Source: Eubacteriales bacterium
GTDB taxonomy: Bacteria; Bacillota; Clostridia; Lachnospirales; Lachnospiraceae
NCBI GenBank assembly: GCA_030540255.1
Contig: JAUNWP010000002.1
Coordinates: forward strand, 1,535-65,534
Direction: 5' to 3'
DNA: 64,000 bases
A program made the position numbers and the translations under genes. This document shows, one piece after another, positions 61,021 through 64,000 of this stretch (positions within the stretch are counted from its first letter, which is position 1; the number at the start of each line of letters is the position of its first letter). Under the pieces are notes generated by a model. That model saw nothing but the letters and a program-made list of their open reading frames with translations, had not been told where the DNA came from and searched no databases.

Positions 61021-61880
61021 TTGCTGTATTCAGGCATGAGCTTAAGGCTTACCTGCACTCATTTATAACTTACCTGTTCTGCGCATTCTTACTCATATTC
61101 ACCGGCATTGGAGCAATGCTGTACAATATACAATCCGCAGTTGCCAATTTTGAGTTTGTTTTGCAGTTTATCTGTATAGTAACCGTTGTCATACTCCCTA
61201 TACTTACCATGCGTATCATCTCGGACGAAAAGAGACAGCGTACAGACAAGCTCTTGTATTCGCTGCCTATAACGGCTTCAGACATAGTTATCGGCAAATT
61301 CCTTGCGGCTCTGCTTGTATTCTTTGTTCCGCTTGCCGTGATTGCAACTTATCCGCTGATATTTGCACATTTCGGAGAGGTATATCTGCTTACATCCTAT
61401 GGTGCTTTGCTCGCATTTTTTCTGATGGGAGCTGCAATGATAGCAGTAGGTATATTCGTTTCGTCTCTAACCGAAAATCAAGGCATTGCTGCCGGCATTA
61501 CCATACCGGTACTGCTTTTTAACTACTTCAGTGTCAGCCTTGCCGAACAGGTCTCCTCTTCGGCTTTCGGCTCATTGATCGTGCTTATGGTCTGTGCCGC
61601 TGTTCTTGCGCTGATTCTCTACTATTGCACAAAAAACGACAATATCGCTTGTGTATTATTTATAGTGATCATTCTTGCACTCGGCATAAGCTATTATCTG
61701 AAATCCGATATTTACACAGGACTTGTTCCTGCCATAATGTCCAAGCTTTCATTGTTCTCAAGATTCGCCACCTTTGTAAACGGAGTATTTGATATAGGCT
61801 CCGTAGTATTTTACTTAAGCGTTGCGGCATTTTTCTTATTTCTTACCGTACAGTCTCTTGAGAAAAGGAGGTACAACTGA
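61017..61880 (+). CDS. ABC-2 type permease (GldF-like)
   Basis: 287 aa, about 6 TM helices. Its start overlaps the ATPase stop by 4 nt. Confidence 0.75.
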   Translation: MIAVFRHELKAYLHSFITYLFCAFLLIFTGIGAMLYNIQSAVANFEFVLQFICIVTVVILPILTMRIISDEKRQRTDKLLYSLPITASDIVIGKFLAALLVFFVPLAVIATYPLIFAHFGEVYLLTSYGALLAFFLMGAAMIAVGIFVSSLTENQGIAAGITIPVLLFNYFSVSLAEQVSSSAFGSLIVLMVCAAVLALILYYCTKNDNIACVLFIVIILALGISYYLKSDIYTGLVPAIMSKLSLFSRFATFVNGVFDIGSVVFYLSVAAFFLFLTVQSLEKRRYN

Positions 61881-63280
61881 TGAAAAATAAAAATGCGCTG
61901 CGCGGCGGTATGTATTCACTTGCAGCTACAGCCATAGTGCTTGCCATACTTGTTGTGCTCAATATATTTGTATCTGTCCTTCCCGACAATCTTACAAAGC
62001 TTGATATCAGCTCGCAGAAGCTCTATTCGGTAACAAGCAATACAAAGGCTGTTGTCAATGCACTTGATAAGGACGTTGACATCTACTGGATAGTTCAGGA
62101 CGGCAAAGAGGACGCTGTTCTTGAAAACCTGCTCAATAAATATGATGCCATGTCGGATCATATACATCTGACAAAGAAGAATCCTGATGTATTTCCGACA
62201 TTTGCGTCACAATATACAGATGATACCGTTGCCAACAACAGTCTTGTCGTTGAATGCGATGACCGCAGCCGTTATATAGGCTTTGACAGTATATATCTCA
62301 GTGATATAGATTCGAGCTATTATACACAGAGCTACTCCTTTGACGGCGAGGGTCAGATCACCTCTGCCATTAATTATGTGGTAAGTGATGATTCGTCTCA
62401 TGTATACACTCTTACAGGTCACGGCGAAGCCGAGCTCACCGACAATCTTAAAAATGAGATCAAAAAGGACAACGCCGATATTGAGTCCATATCCCTCCTT
62501 AACGAGGACAATATCCCTGAGGATGCCGACTGCATCATTATCAATGCTCCTGCAAGCGATATTTCCGAGACAGAGCGCGATATGCTTAAAAGCTACGCCG
62601 ATAAAGGCGGTAAGCTCTTCGTCTTTGCCGGTCCTACACAGAGCGGAACACTCAGCAATCTGTACTCACTCATGGCAAACTACGGAGTTGAGCCTGTAGA
62701 CGGTGTGGTAGTTGAAGGAGACCGAGAGCACTACGCATTACAGGCTCCGTATGTACTGCTTCCAGATATAGAGAGCAGTGATATAACAGATCCTATCGTT
62801 AATGACAATTACAAAGTAGTCGTTGCCATAGCCCAGGGAATGAAGGTATCCGATACCTCTCATGCCAAGGAGCTCTTAGTCACATCCGATGATTCATTCT
62901 GCAAGGCTGACGGTCTCAATATCAAGAGCTATGAAAAGGAAGACGGTGACGCATCAGGACCGTTTGCACTTGCTGTTTCCGTAAGCACAGAAAACGACGG
63001 CAAGATCATCTGGGTATCCTCCTCGGCATTTACCGACGAGCTCTATAACGCATACTCATCAGGCGCCAACCTTAACTTCTGCATGAATGCCTTAAGCTCG
63101 CTTATAGGTGACGACGAACATATAGCTATCAGAACAAAGTCACTCGGATATAATTATCTTACAATAAATGCATCCGACGCCGCTTTGCTTAAAGCAATCA
63201 TGATAGGCATTATTCCTGCTTTCTTTGTTGCTGCCGGTATTGCCGTAGTGCTTGTAAGAAGGAGAAAGAAAAATGGATAA
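61880..63280 (+). CDS. GldG-like ABC-transporter accessory protein
   Basis: 466 aa. TM anchors at the N- and C-termini flank a large extracytoplasmic domain. Position after the ABC-2 permease matches the GldA/F/G arrangement. Family call is from memory of that architecture. Confidence 0.65.
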   Translation: MKNKNALRGGMYSLAATAIVLAILVVLNIFVSVLPDNLTKLDISSQKLYSVTSNTKAVVNALDKDVDIYWIVQDGKEDAVLENLLNKYDAMSDHIHLTKKNPDVFPTFASQYTDDTVANNSLVVECDDRSRYIGFDSIYLSDIDSSYYTQSYSFDGEGQITSAINYVVSDDSSHVYTLTGHGEAELTDNLKNEIKKDNADIESISLLNEDNIPEDADCIIINAPASDISETERDMLKSYADKGGKLFVFAGPTQSGTLSNLYSLMANYGVEPVDGVVVEGDREHYALQAPYVLLPDIESSDITDPIVNDNYKVVVAIAQGMKVSDTSHAKELLVTSDDSFCKADGLNIKSYEKEDGDASGPFALAVSVSTENDGKIIWVSSSAFTDELYNAYSSGANLNFCMNALSSLIGDDEHIAIRTKSLGYNYLTINASDAALLKAIMIGIIPAFFVAAGIAVVLVRRRKKNG

Positions 63281-64000
63281 GCTGAAAAAGTTAGGTATAC
63301 TGCTTGCCGTACTTGCTGTTGTGTGTATAGCAACCATCATTGTAAGCAGTCATGAGATAAAGAAGGAAAAGATCAAGGCAAGCGACGATATAGTGCTTGA
63401 GGTTCCGAGTGATGATGTTACCAAGCTCTCTTGGGAGCATGACGGCAGTAAGCTCTCCTTCAGTAAAAAAGACGGAGTATGGCAGAGTGATGATGACGCA
63501 AGCCTTCCGGTTGATGAAGATAAGATAAACGAGCTGCTTAAGCTCTTCGAGGAATTCGGAGTAAGCTTCATTATCGAGGAGCCCGAGAAACTCTCGGATT
63601 ACGGACTCGATCAGCCCGAATGTACAATAAGCTTCAGTACCTCCGATAAGGATTATACGGTTACACTCGGCGGTTTCAGCACCATGGATCAGGAGCGTTA
63701 TGTCTCCATTGATGACGGCAATGTATATCTTGTAAAGACCGATCCTCTTGATGCCTTCAACAAGACTCTTGATTACTTTACAAAGTCAGACGAGATTCCT
63801 GCCCCTGAGACCGCAGACAGCATCAAAGTATCCGGAAGCGAGATAGATGCAGAATACAGCATCAGCTATGATGTAAATAATTCCGCTGCCTACAGTGATG
63901 AGGATGTCTACTATTGCAATGACGAGGCACTTGATTCCGAAAAAGTTAAGAGCTATCTCGAGGCGGTTTCGGAAGTCTCTCTTGATAACTGCGTGGATCA
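63273..64000 (+). CDS. DUF4340-like membrane-anchored protein; C-terminus outside the window
   Basis: Absent from the ORF track because it is truncated by the window edge. The ATG at 63273 overlaps the upstream stop by 8 nt. Translation gives MDKLKKLGILLAVLAVVCIATIIV, then ...LSWEHDGSKLSFSKKDGVWQ...YGLDQPECTISF. This resembles the DUF4340 proteins that commonly follow GldG-like genes. Confidence 0.55.
   Translation, partial: MDKLKKLGILLAVLAVVCIATIIVSSHEIKKEKIKASDDIVLEVPSDDVTKLSWEHDGSKLSFSKKDGVWQSDDDASLPVDEDKINELLKLFEEFGVSFIIEEPEKLSDYGLDQPECTISFSTSDKDYTVTLGGFSTMDQERYVSIDDGNVYLVKTDPLDAFNKTLDYFTKSDEIPAPETADSIKVSGSEIDAEYSISYDVNNSAAYSDEDVYYCNDEALDSEKVKSYLEAVSEVSLDNCVD

Overview
This 64-kb window is dominated by minus-strand housekeeping operons. 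The gene set (PolC, AddAB, Bcd-EtfBA, cell-wall-binding repeat protein) suggests a Gram-positive Bacillota, probably Clostridia-like, genome. That taxon call is inference only. Gene order along the plus strand is as follows. (1) A partial histidine phosphatase, an amidase, uppP, ung-addA-addB, and two secreted proteins. (2) A visibly AT-richer patch carrying one AAA+/DUF4143 ATPase next to a tRNA-Glu(CUC)/tRNA-Pro(CGG) pair. (3) The conserved polC-ispG-rseP-dxr-cdsA-uppS-frr-pyrH block. (4) A tightly packed gene run: PNP, AlaX-like, pgeF, YwaF-like, gpsA and a 951-aa GTPase. (5) bcd-etfB-etfA, an ornithine-cyclodeaminase-family gene, a crotonase-family gene and marR. (6) tuf-fusA-rpsG-rpsL and rpoC-rpoB. 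(7) A small membrane protein, ddl, L-serine dehydratase, and yajC-tgt-secDF. (8) A GldA/F/G-like ABC exporter followed by a partial DUF4340 gene. No CRISPR array, rRNA, integrase or transposase was seen. The most unusual item is the 951-aa ORF at 25622..28477. It fuses a TetM/EF-G-family translational GTPase to a Rae1/YacP-type NYN ribonuclease domain and is embedded in a core operon. Secondary items are: a 72-bp tandem repeat occupying the leader of that same gene run; a 51-bp direct repeat pair upstream of the serine dehydratase gene; an in-frame 42-bp tandem repeat between pgeF and a truncated-looking membrane gene; a stand-alone bcd-etfBA locus with OCD-like, crotonase-like and MarR neighbours; and a tRNA-adjacent ATPase/nuclease-like single-gene islet. 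All calls come from reading the sequence and from remembered family motifs. No database search or computation was run.
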